The translations under genes were made by a program, and so were the position numbers. Positions 41,014 through 52,128 of a DNA stretch of 64,000 nt are shown in pieces. The notes below the pieces were generated by a model, which was not told the DNA's origin, did no database searches, and worked only from the letters and a program-made list of their open reading frames with translations. This DNA is from an uncultured Muribaculaceae bacterium (GTDB lineage Bacteria; Bacteroidota; Bacteroidia; Bacteroidales; Muribaculaceae), in assembly GCA_910579995.1 (NCBI GenBank), contig CAJTWH010000007.1, positions 11,050 to 75,049 of the forward strand. The letters run 5' to 3'. The first letter of the stretch is position 1, and each line of letters opens with the position of its first letter.

Positions 41014-41349
41014 TTCTATGATTTATGATTTGCAAAGTTACTCATTTTTTATTGTTTCCGCAAACTATGGCGGTATGACGTGAAATTACGCAGGATGTTT
41101 GTCGGTATGAAAAATATTAACTAAAATGCAAGTTGTTTATCTAAAATAGGTGCTATATGCGCTTATTTGTGCTGCTTTTGTGGCGATATGTATTGTTGTC
41201 TGAATTTTTAATCAAATCCTCTCAATGAAAAAACTCCTGTTGACACTTCCCGCTGTCTTGTAGACGAAACTGTTAGAAAGTTATTAAACTGTTTTATCGA
41301 ATAAGATGAAGCCGTGTCACGAAATTGTGAAACGGCTTCAGTTTATTGC

Positions 41350-41418
41350 AAAAAAAAATCGGCTGTCTCACGACACCCGAAAATCTTTAACCTTAAATCT
41401 AATACCATGAAAAAACAC
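41350..41418 (-). ncRNA. Candidate Bacteroidales small RNA
   Basis: GTGTTTTTTCATGGTATTAGATTTAAGGTTAAAG followed by terminator TCGGGTGTCGTGAGACAGCCGA-T8; upstream TGATTTTG -7-like box. Confidence 0.6.
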
Positions 41419-41501
41419 AGTGCAAAATCAGTAATTATACATATCTAACATGCGGCCTCTGCAAAAAGTTCAGCAGGCAGTGAAATTTTTTTCGCTGATG
41501 G

Positions 41502-41542
41502 TAAAAAGAAACGGAGCTCGTCGTCGCGACGGGCTCCGTTTC
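41502..41542 (-). terminator. Terminator of methylmalonyl-CoA mutase operon
   Basis: GAAACGGAGC/GCTCCGTTTC stem followed by T-tract on minus strand. Confidence 0.75.
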
Positions 41543-41583
41543 GGGGGGAAGATGAATCCTCACGGATGAGGATTCGGGGGGAA

Positions 41584-43713
41584 TTATTCTTCGTTGAGTA
41601 TCTCAAGCATCTTGATGGCCGACAGCGGGATACGTGTGCCGGGGCCGAAGATGGCGGCTACGCCGGCCTTGTAGAGGAAGTCGTAGTCCTGAGCGGGAAT
41701 CACACCGCCTGCAGTAACGAGGATATCCTCGCGGCCAAGTTTCTTGAGCTCCTCGATAACCTGAGGAATCAAGGTCTTGTGTCCTGCGGCGAGCGATGAT
41801 ACACCAAGAATGTGTACGTCGTTCTCGACAGCCTGACGGGCAGCCTCGGCGGGAGTCTGGAAGAGAGGTCCCATGTCGACGTCGAAACCGCAGTCGGCAT
41901 AGCCGGTTGCAACAACCTTGGCGCCGCGGTCGTGGCCGTCCTGACCCATCTTGGCAATCATGATACGGGGCTGACGACCCTCGCGTTTGGCGAACTCCTC
42001 GCACATCTGCTGAGCGCGGATGAAGTCGGGATCTTGTTTGGTTTCGTTTGCGTACACGCCTGAGATAGTTTTGATTTGTGCTTTGTAACGGCCTACTACT
42101 TCTTCGCAGGCATCAGAAATTTCGCCAAGTGTAGCGCGGAGGCCGGCGGCTTTGACAGCGAGGTCAAGCAGGTTGCCTTCTTTGCTGCGTACACATTCGG
42201 TGATTGCGGCAAGAGCTTCTTTCACCTTGGCTTCGTCGCGGTGACCTTTCACCTCGTTGAGGCGTTCGATCTGTTCGCGGCGTACTTCTGTATTGTCGAT
42301 TTCGAGGATGTCGATCGGGTCCTCATGGTCAAGACGGTATTTGTTGATACCTACGATGGTCTGACGGCCTGAGTCGATACGAGCCTGAGTGCGTGCGGCA
42401 GCCTCTTCGATACGGAGTTTGGGAAGACCGGTCTCGATAGCTTTGGCCATGCCGCCGAGCTTCTCGATTTCCTGAATGTGCTCCCATGCGCGGTGTGCGA
42501 TCTCGTTGGTGAGGGCTTCTACGTAGTATGAGCCGCCCCACGGGTCGATGGCGCGGGTTACCTGTGTCTCTTCCTGAATGTAGATCTGGGTGTTACGGGC
42601 GATACGGGCCGAGAAGTCGGTCGGCAGTGCGATAGCTTCGTCAAGAGCGTTGGTGTGCAAGCTCTGGGTGTGGCCAAGAGCGGCGCCCATAGCCTCGATA
42701 CAGGTACGGCCTACGTTGTTGAAGGGATCCTGCTCGGTGAGCGACCAACCAGAGGTCTGCGAGTGTGTGCGCAGTGCGAGCGATTTGGGGTTCTTGGGGT
42801 TGAATTGTTTTACAATCTTTGCCCAAAGCATACGGGCGGCACGCATTTTTGCCACTTCCATGAAGTAGTTCATGCCGATAGCCCAGAAGAACGACAGGCG
42901 CGGTGCGAAAGCGTCGATATCCATGCCGGCGTTGACACCTGCACGAAGATATTCAAGACCGTCGGCAAGTGTGTAGGCGAGCTCGATGTCGCATGTCGCG
43001 CCGGCTTCCTGCATGTGGTAGCCCGAGATGGAGATCGAGTTGAACTTGGGCATGTTCTGCGAGGTATACTCGAAGATGTCGGCGATGATACGCATAGAGA
43101 ACTCCGGCGGATAGATATAGGTGTTGCGCACCATAAATTCCTTGAGGATATCGTTCTGGATAGTACCTGCCATCTCTTCAAGTTTCGCTCCCTGCTCAAG
43201 ACCGGCGTTGATGTAGAAGGCGAGTACGGGGAGTACGGCGCCGTTCATAGTCATCGACACTGACATCTTGTTGAGAGGTATACCGTCGAAGAGCACTTTC
43301 ATGTCGTCGATAGAGCAGATCGATACACCTGCTTTACCTACGTCGCCTACAACACGGGGGTGGTCGGCATCGTAGCCGCGGTGTGTGGCAAGGTCAAATG
43401 CAACCGACAGACCTTTCTGACCGGCTGCAAGGTTACGGCGGTAGAAAGCGTTTGACTCGGCGGCGGTAGAGAAGCCGGCATACTGGCGGATTGTCCAAGG
43501 ACGGAGGGGATACATGGCGCTGTACGGGCCACGCAGATATGGAGGTATGCCGCTCATGTAGTTGAGGTGCTCGAGCCCCTCAAGGTCGGCTTTGGTGTAG
43601 ACGGGCTTTACCGGGATACGTTCGGGGGTTTCCCATTCCTCGGTCGCTGTGGCAGCGGGTTTGGCGCCACAGAGCCCTGATGTAATATCTATGTTCTTAA
43701 AATCGGGTTTCAT
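41584..43713 (-). CDS. scpA: Methylmalonyl-CoA mutase large subunit
   Basis: [34 protein letters not shown]12-binding motif. Confidence 0.96.
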   Translation of the reverse strand: MKPDFKNIDITSGLCGAKPAATATEEWETPERIPVKPVYTKADLEGLEHLNYMSGIPPYLRGPYSAMYPLRPWTIRQYAGFSTAAESNAFYRRNLAAGQKGLSVAFDLATHRGYDADHPRVVGDVGKAGVSICSIDDMKVLFDGIPLNKMSVSMTMNGAVLPVLAFYINAGLEQGAKLEEMAGTIQNDILKEFMVRNTYIYPPEFSMRIIADIFEYTSQNMPKFNSISISGYHMQEAGATCDIELAYTLADGLEYLRAGVNAGMDIDAFAPRLSFFWAIGMNYFMEVAKMRAARMLWAKIVKQFNPKNPKSLALRTHSQTSGWSLTEQDPFNNVGRTCIEAMGAALGHTQSLHTNALDEAIALPTDFSARIARNTQIYIQEETQVTRAIDPWGGSYYVEALTNEIAHRAWEHIQEIEKLGGMAKAIETGLPKLRIEEAAARTQARIDSGRQTIVGINKYRLDHEDPIDILEIDNTEVRREQIERLNEVKGHRDEAKVKEALAAITECVRSKEGNLLDLAVKAAGLRATLGEISDACEEVVGRYKAQIKTISGVYANETKQDPDFIRAQQMCEEFAKREGRQPRIMIAKMGQDGHDRGAKVVATGYADCGFDVDMGPLFQTPAEAARQAVENDVHILGVSSLAAGHKTLIPQVIEELKKLGREDILVTAGGVIPAQDYDFLYKAGVAAIFGPGTRIPLSAIKMLEILNEE

Positions 43714-43730
43714 AGTGGGGAGCCTGTGAC

Positions 43731-45578
43731 TTATTTGTTGAGTAGACGGTTGTTGAAATCGCGCAGGGTGTCGAGCACATTGCAGCGTACATGTACGAAG
43801 TCGTTGATACCGGCAGCTTTAAGCTCGTCGGTGCAGGCGGGGTTGCCGGCAACGACAAACTCTGCACGGCCGTCGAGGTACTTGTAGGCGGCAGGTGCGA
43901 GCTCGGCATATTCGTCGTCGCTTGAGCAGAGTACCACCACGTCGGCTCCTTGAGCCAATGCAGCGTCTACGCCTTCTTCTACGGTGTTGAAGCCGAGGTT
44001 GTCGATGATTTCATAGCCGGCGCAACCGAAGAAGTTGGTCGAGAACTGTGCACGGGCAAGGCGCATGGCAAGGTTGCCGATGGTGAGCATAAACACTTTG
44101 GGGCGTTTTGCTGCGGCCTCGGTGGCAAGGCGGAGTTCTTCGAAGTCGGTGGCGGCGCGTTTGTTGGTCAGCGCGTTGGGGCCGTCTTCATGGCCGCAGC
44201 CGCAGTGGCATTTGCAGCCTGTAGTCTCGATTTTGTCGGAGGCTTTCTCGTTGATGTTGGGATACTGGTTTGTGCCGAGGAGTATCTCTTTGCGGCGTGC
44301 AACGTCGGTGTGGCGTTTGGCGCACGACTCATTTACAGCCTTCTGTACCTTGCCCTCGCCCACGCAGGCGAAGAATCCGCCTTCCTCTTCTGTTTCGAGG
44401 AAGAGCTTCCAAGCCTCTTTGGCTATCGACACGGTAAGTTCCTCTACATAGTAGCTGCCGCCGGCAGGGTCTACAACCTTGTCGAGGTGGCTCTCTTCCT
44501 TAAGGAGGAACTGCTGGTTGCGGGCTATACGCTCAGAGAAAGCGTCGGGTGTCTTATAAGGAGTATCGAAAGGAGTTGTCACAATCGAGTCTACACCGCC
44601 TACACAGGCCGAGAATGTTTCGGTCTGGCTGCGGAGCAGATTCACGTGTGCGTCATAGATAGTCTGGTTGAAGCGCGATGTAGAAGCGTTAACCATCATC
44701 TTGGCGGCAGCTTCCGAAGCTCCGTATTGCTCTACGATTTGAGCCCAGAGCATACGTGCGGCGCGGAATTTGGCAATCTCCATGAAGAAGTTGCTCGATA
44801 CGCACATATTGAATTTTATGCGCATGGCCACTTCGTCGGCGCTGCGGCCGGCTTCGGTAAGGAGGGTCATCCATTGAGCACCCCAAGCGAGAGCGTAGCC
44901 TGATTCCTGATATATGAATGCACCGGCATTGGCAAGAATGTCAGAGTCTACACTGAGGCAGCGAAGACCGGCAACGGGAGCTACAACGTCGAGAAGCTCG
45001 GCAGCTGTAGCTGTAATGGCTGCACTGTCTACGCCTTCTACTCCGTGACGGAACTGACGGCGGAGAGGGTTATAGTCGATTGATCCGCGGAAAGTATCGG
45101 TAGCACCGGCAGCAGCTACGGCAGCCACGAGAGCTTTAGCTACTTCTACAACTTTGCCGGGGCAGCAGGTCAGGTTGATTTCAACTTTGCCAAGGTCTAT
45201 ATCCTTGAGCAATGTAGCGACATCGGCTGCGTCGCCAACTTTGAAGCCCAAAGAGGTAACACCCTTGGTGAGAACATCGAGAGCTGTCTTGTTAGCTTCC
45301 TCTGCACTGTCGGCAATGATATTCTGGCGGGTAAGCCAGTCATTGTCGGTACGCGTGCCGCGTACGTATGGATATTGACCGGGAAGCGAGTCTGTGGTTT
45401 TGAAATCGGCGATGTCCTCGGCGCGATATACGGGCTGCACATCAAAGCCTTCATTGGTTCGCCAAACCAGTTTCTTGTTGAAATCCGCCCCTTTGAGGTC
45501 GGCTTCCACTTTGGCGCGCCATTCTGCGTAGCTCACCTCTGGAAACTGGTCGAATAATCTTTCTTTATTTTCTGCCAT
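43731..45578 (-). CDS. mutA: Methylmalonyl-CoA mutase small subunit
   Basis: [43 protein letters not shown]; lacks DXHXXG. Confidence 0.92.
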   Translation of the reverse strand: MAENKERLFDQFPEVSYAEWRAKVEADLKGADFNKKLVWRTNEGFDVQPVYRAEDIADFKTTDSLPGQYPYVRGTRTDNDWLTRQNIIADSAEEANKTALDVLTKGVTSLGFKVGDAADVATLLKDIDLGKVEINLTCCPGKVVEVAKALVAAVAAAGATDTFRGSIDYNPLRRQFRHGVEGVDSAAITATAAELLDVVAPVAGLRCLSVDSDILANAGAFIYQESGYALAWGAQWMTLLTEAGRSADEVAMRIKFNMCVSSNFFMEIAKFRAARMLWAQIVEQYGASEAAAKMMVNASTSRFNQTIYDAHVNLLRSQTETFSACVGGVDSIVTTPFDTPYKTPDAFSERIARNQQFLLKEESHLDKVVDPAGGSYYVEELTVSIAKEAWKLFLETEEEGGFFACVGEGKVQKAVNESCAKRHTDVARRKEILLGTNQYPNINEKASDKIETTGCKCHCGCGHEDGPNALTNKRAATDFEELRLATEAAAKRPKVFMLTIGNLAMRLARAQFSTNFFGCAGYEIIDNLGFNTVEEGVDAALAQGADVVVLCSSDDEYAELAPAAYKYLDGRAEFVVAGNPACTDELKAAGINDFVHVRCNVLDTLRDFNNRLLNK

Positions 45579-45791
45579 AAATATTTGATATATCGATATA
45601 TGATATTTTATTCAATAGTATTGATCTAAGGGCGATGCGGCAGCATACACCTTTCAGCCCACAAAAATAAGGTTTTTTAAATAAATAGCAAAATTAATCG
45701 CGTAAATTTCCGCAATTCAATATTATCGCTCTCTTCGGAGGCGCCGTTGTCGGAGCTGCTGGAGAAGAAAGGAGTGGGCAAAGAGGCTTCT

Positions 45792-46451
45792 CTATATTGT
45801 TTCATTATTACCTTTCTGGCCAATCCAGCCGTTTCTGATTACCTTCCGGCTATAGAATGGGAGGTAGAAGAAATTTAAGTAAAGAAGGAATACTCCATAC
45901 TTTGGCTCATCGTGTATTCTGCTGATATTCATAGTTATGGATAGTGTTATGTATGCCACGACTATCAATGGGGCTAGAATCCATATTTGCACAAAACCTC
46001 CGAAGGGCCACACGTGCAAAATTTCGATTATCGTACCTGCTGTCAGGTAAATATCGAAGATAACTGTTATCAGACAACCGGCTTTATAGAGCTTTAAGGT
46101 GAGAGTGGCAATCGTCTTGCTATCTTCCTTGACTTGTTTCTTACGTAGCGCAGTTTTGTTGTCTTTGTGCGACGTCTTCTTTAGGAGTAGTATGGAGATT
46201 ATGGGGTTGCCGAACAAATGGAACGGCAAGAGAAATGCAAGCAACTTGTCATAGCCTTTTTTTATGCAGAGTCGGATATTATATATAAATAATATGATAG
46301 ATCCAATCCAAAGCGCCATCATTATCAACCGATGACTCAGGCCCGCCTTATATCCATGAGTAACCATCCAAAAGAATACTCCTACATCGGCAAGCGCGAG
46401 TATATTGCAGACTATAAGACTTAGATATATAATTCTTGAGTTTTTTATCAT
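45792..46451 (-). CDS. AT-rich hypothetical membrane protein; paralog of 2397..3047
   Basis: About 6 TMs; shared motifs with 2397..3047. Confidence 0.6.
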   Translation of the reverse strand: MIKNSRIIYLSLIVCNILALADVGVFFWMVTHGYKAGLSHRLIMMALWIGSIILFIYNIRLCIKKGYDKLLAFLLPFHLFGNPIISILLLKKTSHKDNKTALRKKQVKEDSKTIATLTLKLYKAGCLITVIFDIYLTAGTIIEILHVWPFGGFVQIWILAPLIVVAYITLSITMNISRIHDEPKYGVFLLYLNFFYLPFYSRKVIRNGWIGQKGNNETI

Positions 46452-46529
46452 AAGTACAATGACTTTACAGCGGTTGCAAAAATGTTTAGAGAGAAGATAC
46501 TGCTATGATGGGATATTTATGCCATAGAA

Positions 46530-47099
46530 CTATCTTTTTATTGTTATCTTGAAATTCTCTGCCTTTTGGTAATTGACCATGCTTATAGGTACTATTATAC
46601 TGCTGACCCATTCAGGATTATCTATTCCCAAAGACGAAACTGTCTTTTCGTAGAATGAGTCTTTGTCGGCATACAAGAAAATTCCTGTAAGGCTGATATA
46701 TTTTATTTTGATATAGCTCCCGTCTTGTAATTGAATTTGTTGTGAATCGGTTAATTCCCTGAATTTTTCATTGTATTCTAACATGAAATTTTCCCAGTCG
46801 CGATATGTTTGTCTGCTGTTTCCGAACACTATTTTATAAGCTTCTGAAATGGCATATCCCATGGAAGGAATGTATGGGTTAGACTTTAATATATTTTGTG
46901 CAAAAGAGTCGAAATCAGTATTATCGATTGCTACGGAATCAGCTTCCACTGCACATTCAAATATAACAGGATATTGATTCTCACTCTGCCAAGTTATATT
47001 TAGTAATATGTAATGACCGCCAAAAAGTTGTGATGTTTTGGAGCTTGCATAACAGCAAAGTGCTGCGAAAAAGGATACAATTAGAATGGCGAATCTCAT
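46530..47099 (-). CDS. AT-rich exported hypothetical protein
   Basis: Signal peptide; -7 box TATCTTTG at 47234-47241. Confidence 0.6.
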   Translation of the reverse strand: MRFAILIVSFFAALCCYASSKTSQLFGGHYILLNITWQSENQYPVIFECAVEADSVAIDNTDFDSFAQNILKSNPYIPSMGYAISEAYKIVFGNSRQTYRDWENFMLEYNEKFRELTDSQQIQLQDGSYIKIKYISLTGIFLYADKDSFYEKTVSSLGIDNPEWVSSIIVPISMVNYQKAENFKITIKR

Positions 47100-47314
47100 G
47101 CTTGGTCAAAAAAACTGGGTGAAATCACGTTCTGTCACTATTGATGTGTTCATTGTCGCAGTTTTTACAAGAAATACAAGTATGGGTTGTTGTGGAGGTG
47201 ATAAACATGACTGTTAGAGGCTGGTTTCACCTGCAAAGATAGCGAAATATCTATTAAAAACAACCCCGTTGTTTGCTTTTTCAACATTAATAGTCATATT
47301 GGTGTTATGATATT

Positions 47315-49174
47315 ATGCTTGAGGGATTCAGACATCGGCAGAAGTTCTTGTTGCATGCGTCGCGTCTGCGCGGGCGTGTCACAAGGTTGAGGCGGCGCTA
47401 CGACAGTGCCGTCGAGCGTATAGCGCGCATATTCGACCTCTTGGTTTTCATTGCCTCTATTATCGCTCTCACTTCAATGCTTGTATATGTAGGCTACGAC
47501 AGCGGCAGTGTTGACCGGCATTTGCTGCTGCACGTGCTCCATTCAGTACAGGCAGTCTTTATCGCCGCGGTGCTTTATAATCTCATATTCAGGTTGCGCC
47601 GCATGTTTCGCGAGAGCTTGTTTATCAGGCGATTTGCAGATATTCTTATTCTGCTTACGCTCATACCGATATTCTTCCCACACTGCGACGGCACTCATCA
47701 TCAGCTGATACATTTTTTTCATAGCACAGGATTTTTATTCACCTGTCTGACGATATACTCCATAGCCGAGTTCTGCTACGGTACAATGCAGCTGTTGGGG
47801 CGGCGCACAAACCCGTCACTGATATTGTCGGTCAGCTTTCTGTTTTTCATCCTCATAGGCTCGTTTGTCCTCATGCTGCCACGATGTACTACGGTGCCGC
47901 TGCGCTACATCGACGCTCTCTTTATGGCTTCGAGCGCGGTGAGCATGACAGGATTATCCACCGTCGACGCCGCAGCCACATTCACACCTCTTGGTTGGCT
48001 CGTCATCGCCATACTCATGCAGATAGGAGCCTTGGGTGTGTTGACATTCACAAGCTTCTTCGCCCTCTTTTTCAGCGGTAAGGCGTCGATTTACAATCAG
48101 TTGCTCATGCGCGACTTCATCTACTCCAAAAGTATGAGTGCCCTTATGCCGGTGATACTTTATATATTGGGATTCACGCTGTGCGTGGAGTGCATGGGGG
48201 CGATCGCGATATATTTTACTATCCCTGACGACCTTTGCCCCGACATCAACCACAAGATAGCTTTCGCGGCCTTTCACTCCCTGTCGGCCTTCTGCAATGG
48301 CGGTTTCTGCACTCTTCCCGACGGTTTTGCCGACCCGCGGCTCTACAACGGCAATCAGATGTTCTATATCGTTGTAACCATATTGATTATCGCCGGAGGT
48401 ATAGGCTTTCCTAATCTTGTCAACTTCAAAGATGCCGCAGTTGAATATTTCCATCGTTTCAAGGCATGGATTACCGGCCGCAGGTATTCGTATCGGGTAC
48501 ATGTCTACGACCTCAATACCAAGCTCGTACTCATCTTCACGGCAGTGCTTTTCCTTGGCGGTGCTGTGGGGTTCTATCTGTTTGAATACAATAATTCCAT
48601 GGAGGGCCTGCCAATGGGCAAGCGACTCGTCCAGTCGGTATTCTGCTCTGCTACAGTGCGCACTGCAGGCTTCGCCACATTCGGCCCGCACGATTGGCTC
48701 GGCATAACATTCCTTATGGCCATGCTGCTTATGTGGATAGGCTGTGCCTCCCAATCAATGGGCGGAGGTATAAAAATCAACGCTTTCGCCGCCATGCTGC
48801 TCAATCTGCGCTCCATCGTGTGGGGACAGAAAGGAGTGTCGGCTTTCGGACGGTCGATAGCGCTCACATCTATCCGCCGGGCAAATGCAGTGATATGTTT
48901 CTCTATCCTTGCGATAGTGGCATACTCGGGCGCGGTTATGCTGCTTCAGCCGGAGCTGCCGATGAAAGCGGTGATGTTTGAATGTTTCTCGGCTGTCACT
49001 ACGGTGGGCATGTCGCTTGGCATAACCGACCAATTGTCGGACCTTTCGAAAATAGCAATCGCCACGGCGATGTTCCTCGGCAGGGTAGGCATTATATCTG
49101 TGCTGTGCGGAGTGATTGGCAACCGTCCCGATCAATCCGACATGCTGCCTGCCGATGATATTATTATAAATTGA
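47315..49174 (+). CDS. TrkH/KtrB-family cation transporter with extra N-terminal TMs
   Basis: SAVSMTGL, QIGALG, SAFCNGGF, VRTAGF, SMGGGIK, TTVGMSLG, GRVG. Confidence 0.88.
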   Translation: MLEGFRHRQKFLLHASRLRGRVTRLRRRYDSAVERIARIFDLLVFIASIIALTSMLVYVGYDSGSVDRHLLLHVLHSVQAVFIAAVLYNLIFRLRRMFRESLFIRRFADILILLTLIPIFFPHCDGTHHQLIHFFHSTGFLFTCLTIYSIAEFCYGTMQLLGRRTNPSLILSVSFLFFILIGSFVLMLPRCTTVPLRYIDALFMASSAVSMTGLSTVDAAATFTPLGWLVIAILMQIGALGVLTFTSFFALFFSGKASIYNQLLMRDFIYSKSMSALMPVILYILGFTLCVECMGAIAIYFTIPDDLCPDINHKIAFAAFHSLSAFCNGGFCTLPDGFADPRLYNGNQMFYIVVTILIIAGGIGFPNLVNFKDAAVEYFHRFKAWITGRRYSYRVHVYDLNTKLVLIFTAVLFLGGAVGFYLFEYNNSMEGLPMGKRLVQSVFCSATVRTAGFATFGPHDWLGITFLMAMLLMWIGCASQSMGGGIKINAFAAMLLNLRSIVWGQKGVSAFGRSIALTSIRRANAVICFSILAIVAYSGAVMLLQPELPMKAVMFECFSAVTTVGMSLGITDQLSDLSKIAIATAMFLGRVGIISVLCGVIGNRPDQSDMLPADDIIIN

Positions 49175-49187
49175 TAAACATAATGTT

Positions 49188-49883
49188 ATGAAATTCCTGA
49201 TTATAGGGCTCGGAATATATGGAGAGAATCTCGCGCGCGACCTCACCGAGATGGGGCACGATGTGATCGGCGCTGATATCTGTCGCTCCAATGTGGAATC
49301 GTTGAAAAACTTCATTTCCACCGTTTATCTTATCGACTCAACCGATGAGAACCAGCTCGCCGTGCTGCCGCTGCTCAATGTCGATCTTGTCATTGTAGCC
49401 ATAGGTGAGAACTTTGGCGCAAGTATAAAGACAGTAGCCCTGCTTAAAAAAGCCGGGGTCAAGCATATCTATGCCCGCGCAATCGACACTCTCCATGAGG
49501 CTATTCTGAGCAGCTTTGAGATCGACCGTATTCTTACGCCTGAGCAACGCGCGGCTGCCGACCTCACTCATGAGCTTGAATTGGGGTCGCACGTGGTGAG
49601 TCTGCGCGTCGACGATGATAATGTAGTGGTGAATTTCGATGTGCCCGACTATCTTTTCGGCCTCGAATATAAAGAACTGTCCGACAAAATCTCCCGCAAC
49701 TATGGCCTGCAGCTTATAGCAGTGAGCCGCCCGGAGGAGTCGGTAAATATTCTCGGCATAAAACGGCCTGCATTGCGGTTGATAAAGGATATTTCAGATG
49801 TAACAGCAGCCGCGGGCGACACAGTCACGATATTCGGCCTCCGCAAGAAAGTGATGGATTTCCTCGTTAAAATCAAAAACTGA
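49188..49883 (+). CDS. KtrA/TrkA-family RCK subunit
   Basis: IIGLGIYG, VAIGENF, ARA, TPEQ. Confidence 0.88.
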   Translation: MKFLIIGLGIYGENLARDLTEMGHDVIGADICRSNVESLKNFISTVYLIDSTDENQLAVLPLLNVDLVIVAIGENFGASIKTVALLKKAGVKHIYARAIDTLHEAILSSFEIDRILTPEQRAAADLTHELELGSHVVSLRVDDDNVVVNFDVPDYLFGLEYKELSDKISRNYGLQLIAVSRPEESVNILGIKRPALRLIKDISDVTAAAGDTVTIFGLRKKVMDFLVKIKN

Positions 49884-50262
49884 CAAGCTCGGCGAACAGC
49901 CTGTCGAATGTCTTTTCAAGGTCTTCACATTTGCCCGGATGAGGGCGCGAAGTGCAGATACATGCGCTTCTGACGGCTGTTAGCCATCTGAATCGTTCGT
50001 GAGCTTCGAGGCTTCCGATGGGGCTCGGGTCGCCCGCGGCAATCTTGCCGAACGAATCGAGCTGTCCGCTTAAAGCATCTACGTCAGCACTTGGAAACAG
50101 TGCAAGTATACGCTCCTTTTCAATGCATACGCGCGCACGCAACCACTTCTTGCGCTTGCACATCATCACGAGCCCTACGTTTATCTGCTCGCCGCGCTCG
50201 ATAACAGGCACATAGCGGATTACCGCATATTCATATAAGTGTTTTTCGGGCTGTGATTGCAT
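49873..50262 (-). CDS. DUF3037 domain protein
   Basis: YEYAVIRYVP..ERGEQINVG...ERFRWLTA.RS...SRPHPG; start revised to MQSQPEK. Confidence 0.85.
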   Translation of the reverse strand: MQSQPEKHLYEYAVIRYVPVIERGEQINVGLVMMCKRKKWLRARVCIEKERILALFPSADVDALSGQLDSFGKIAAGDPSPIGSLEAHERFRWLTAVRSACICTSRPHPGKCEDLEKTFDRLFAELVSF

Positions 50263-51016
50263 GGTCGGTGAATATTTTTGAGTTGGCAAGCCTGCGGGTA
50301 AGGAATTCGCGGTAGACACGTCGCTGTTCGTCGGGGCTGATTTCCGGCATTGACTGTGTGAGCCACTCGTCAGGTATGCTGTCGGTCAGCTCTGCGATAA
50401 ATTCAGGTGTTATCAGTTCGTGCATTTTAGAGTCAACCTCTTCGAGGCGGGTAGCGTAGGGCAGCAGCGCATGTTCTTTGATATATGCGAAGGGCGATAG
50501 AGCCGCCTCTTCCCATCCTTTCCAAGAATGATGAAAATAGAGCGACGCACCATGGTCGATGAGCCAGAGCTCGCCGTGCCAGCGCAGCATGTTGGTGTTG
50601 CGCACCGTGCGGTCTACATTTATTATAAAAGCGTCTAACCATACAATCTTGGAGGCTTCAAGCTCATCAGGTTTGTTGACGGTTACGTCCCAAGCGAGAG
50701 CGCCGCTCAGAAAATGCAAGCCGAGATTGAGACCTGTCGACGCCTGAAGTAAATCCTGTATCTCCTCGTCGGGCTCAGTGCGCCCGAAGTCTTCGTCAAG
50801 GTCAAGAAAAACAAGCTCGGGCACCCGCAAGCCGGCACGGCGGGCTATCTCTCCACCGAGATATTCGGCAATGAGAGCCTTCGACCCATGGCCTCCTCCG
50901 CGGAATTTCACCGCATATTTGAAGCCGTCGTCGGCCTCGGCGAGAGCCGGCAGCGACCCGCCCTCGCGAAGCGGCTCGATATATCGGCATAAGGTCTCGT
51001 GTCGTAATTCGGTCAT
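50231..51016 (-). CDS. HipA-like kinase
   Basis: PLREGGSLP, KFRGGGHG.KALIAE, NVDRT.RNTNML, WLIDHGA. Confidence 0.85.
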   Translation of the reverse strand: MTELRHETLCRYIEPLREGGSLPALAEADDGFKYAVKFRGGGHGSKALIAEYLGGEIARRAGLRVPELVFLDLDEDFGRTEPDEEIQDLLQASTGLNLGLHFLSGALAWDVTVNKPDELEASKIVWLDAFIINVDRTVRNTNMLRWHGELWLIDHGASLYFHHSWKGWEEAALSPFAYIKEHALLPYATRLEEVDSKMHELITPEFIAELTDSIPDEWLTQSMPEISPDEQRRVYREFLTRRLANSKIFTDHAITARKTLI

Positions 51017-51930
51017 TTGATATTCTTGTAGGGGTCAAACATTATAGTCGACAGATACTTCTCGGCTCTGTCAGGGAATACAACCACGATATTCGATCCT
51101 GCCGGTGCCGACTCTGCTGTCCGCAGCGCCGCGAGCATAGCAGCGCCGGAGCTCATGCCGGCAAAGATTCCCTCGGTGCGTATCAGACGGCGCGCCATCT
51201 CGATAGCCTCCTCGCTCGATACCATCTGCTGGATGTCGATTTTCGACGGGTCATAGATCTCCGGTACGATAGCTTCGTCCATATTTTTAAGACCCTGTAT
51301 ATAATGCCCGCGCACAGGGTGGGCGCACACTATCTTAATCTCCGGCTTGAGAGCCTTGAGAAAGCGCGATATGCCCATGATGGTGCCCGATGTGCCCAAG
51401 GCGCATACAAGATAATCAATCTTTCCGCCGGTCTGCGACCATATCTCAAGTGCCGTGTTCTCATAGTGCGCCTGATAATTGGAGGCATTGCCGAATTGGT
51501 CGGGCATGAAATACTTGCCCGGATTTTCCTCTACAAGCTTGTGGGCCAGACGTATGGCGCCGTCAGTCCCTTCGTCGGCGGGGGTGAGTGTGACCTTGGC
51601 TCCGTAGCTGCGGATAATCACACGGCGCTCGGCCGAGACGCCCTCCGACATCACTATCTCGACATCATAGCCCTTCACCACGCCAAGCATGGCCAGGCCT
51701 ATACCGGTGTTGCCCGAGGTCGGTTCGATTATCGTCATGCCCGGGCGCAGGCGCCCCGACGCCTCGGCATCCTCTATCATCTTTAGTGCAATACGGTCTT
51801 TGATACTCCCCGTAGGGTTGAAACCCTCGAGTTTGGCGAATATATTCACGCCCTCGACATCGTTGATACGGCTGAGCCGCACCATCGGTGTCATTCCTAT
51901 AGTCTGTAATATGCTGTCTTTAATTTCCAT
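51013..51930 (-). CDS. Cysteine synthase family (PLP) protein
   Basis: KLEGFNPTGSIKDR, EPTSGNTGIG, GTSGT, GMSSGA. Confidence 0.9.
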   Translation of the reverse strand: MEIKDSILQTIGMTPMVRLSRINDVEGVNIFAKLEGFNPTGSIKDRIALKMIEDAEASGRLRPGMTIIEPTSGNTGIGLAMLGVVKGYDVEIVMSEGVSAERRVIIRSYGAKVTLTPADEGTDGAIRLAHKLVEENPGKYFMPDQFGNASNYQAHYENTALEIWSQTGGKIDYLVCALGTSGTIMGISRFLKALKPEIKIVCAHPVRGHYIQGLKNMDEAIVPEIYDPSKIDIQQMVSSEEAIEMARRLIRTEGIFAGMSSGAAMLAALRTAESAPAGSNIVVVFPDRAEKYLSTIMFDPYKNIK

Positions 51931-52128
51931 GAGATAAAAACAAGCGACAGTGCTCTATTGTTTGCGCCAATTCTTCCAATTTGTTGGCTTTAAAGGACTG
52001 TCTTTCCGTATCCACGGCGCAAAGATATTCTTTTTTGCTTAATAATATGGTGTATATCGAAAATTTTTACGAATTTTGCACCTTGAAACTTGGCGGACGT
52101 CCCGTCCCCCCATCTGACAAATGAAATC

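Noticed and set aside
41307..41340. Hairpin TGAAGCCGT...ACGGCTTCA as a separate RNA gene
   Set aside because: No promoter or recognisable motif; could be a second terminator
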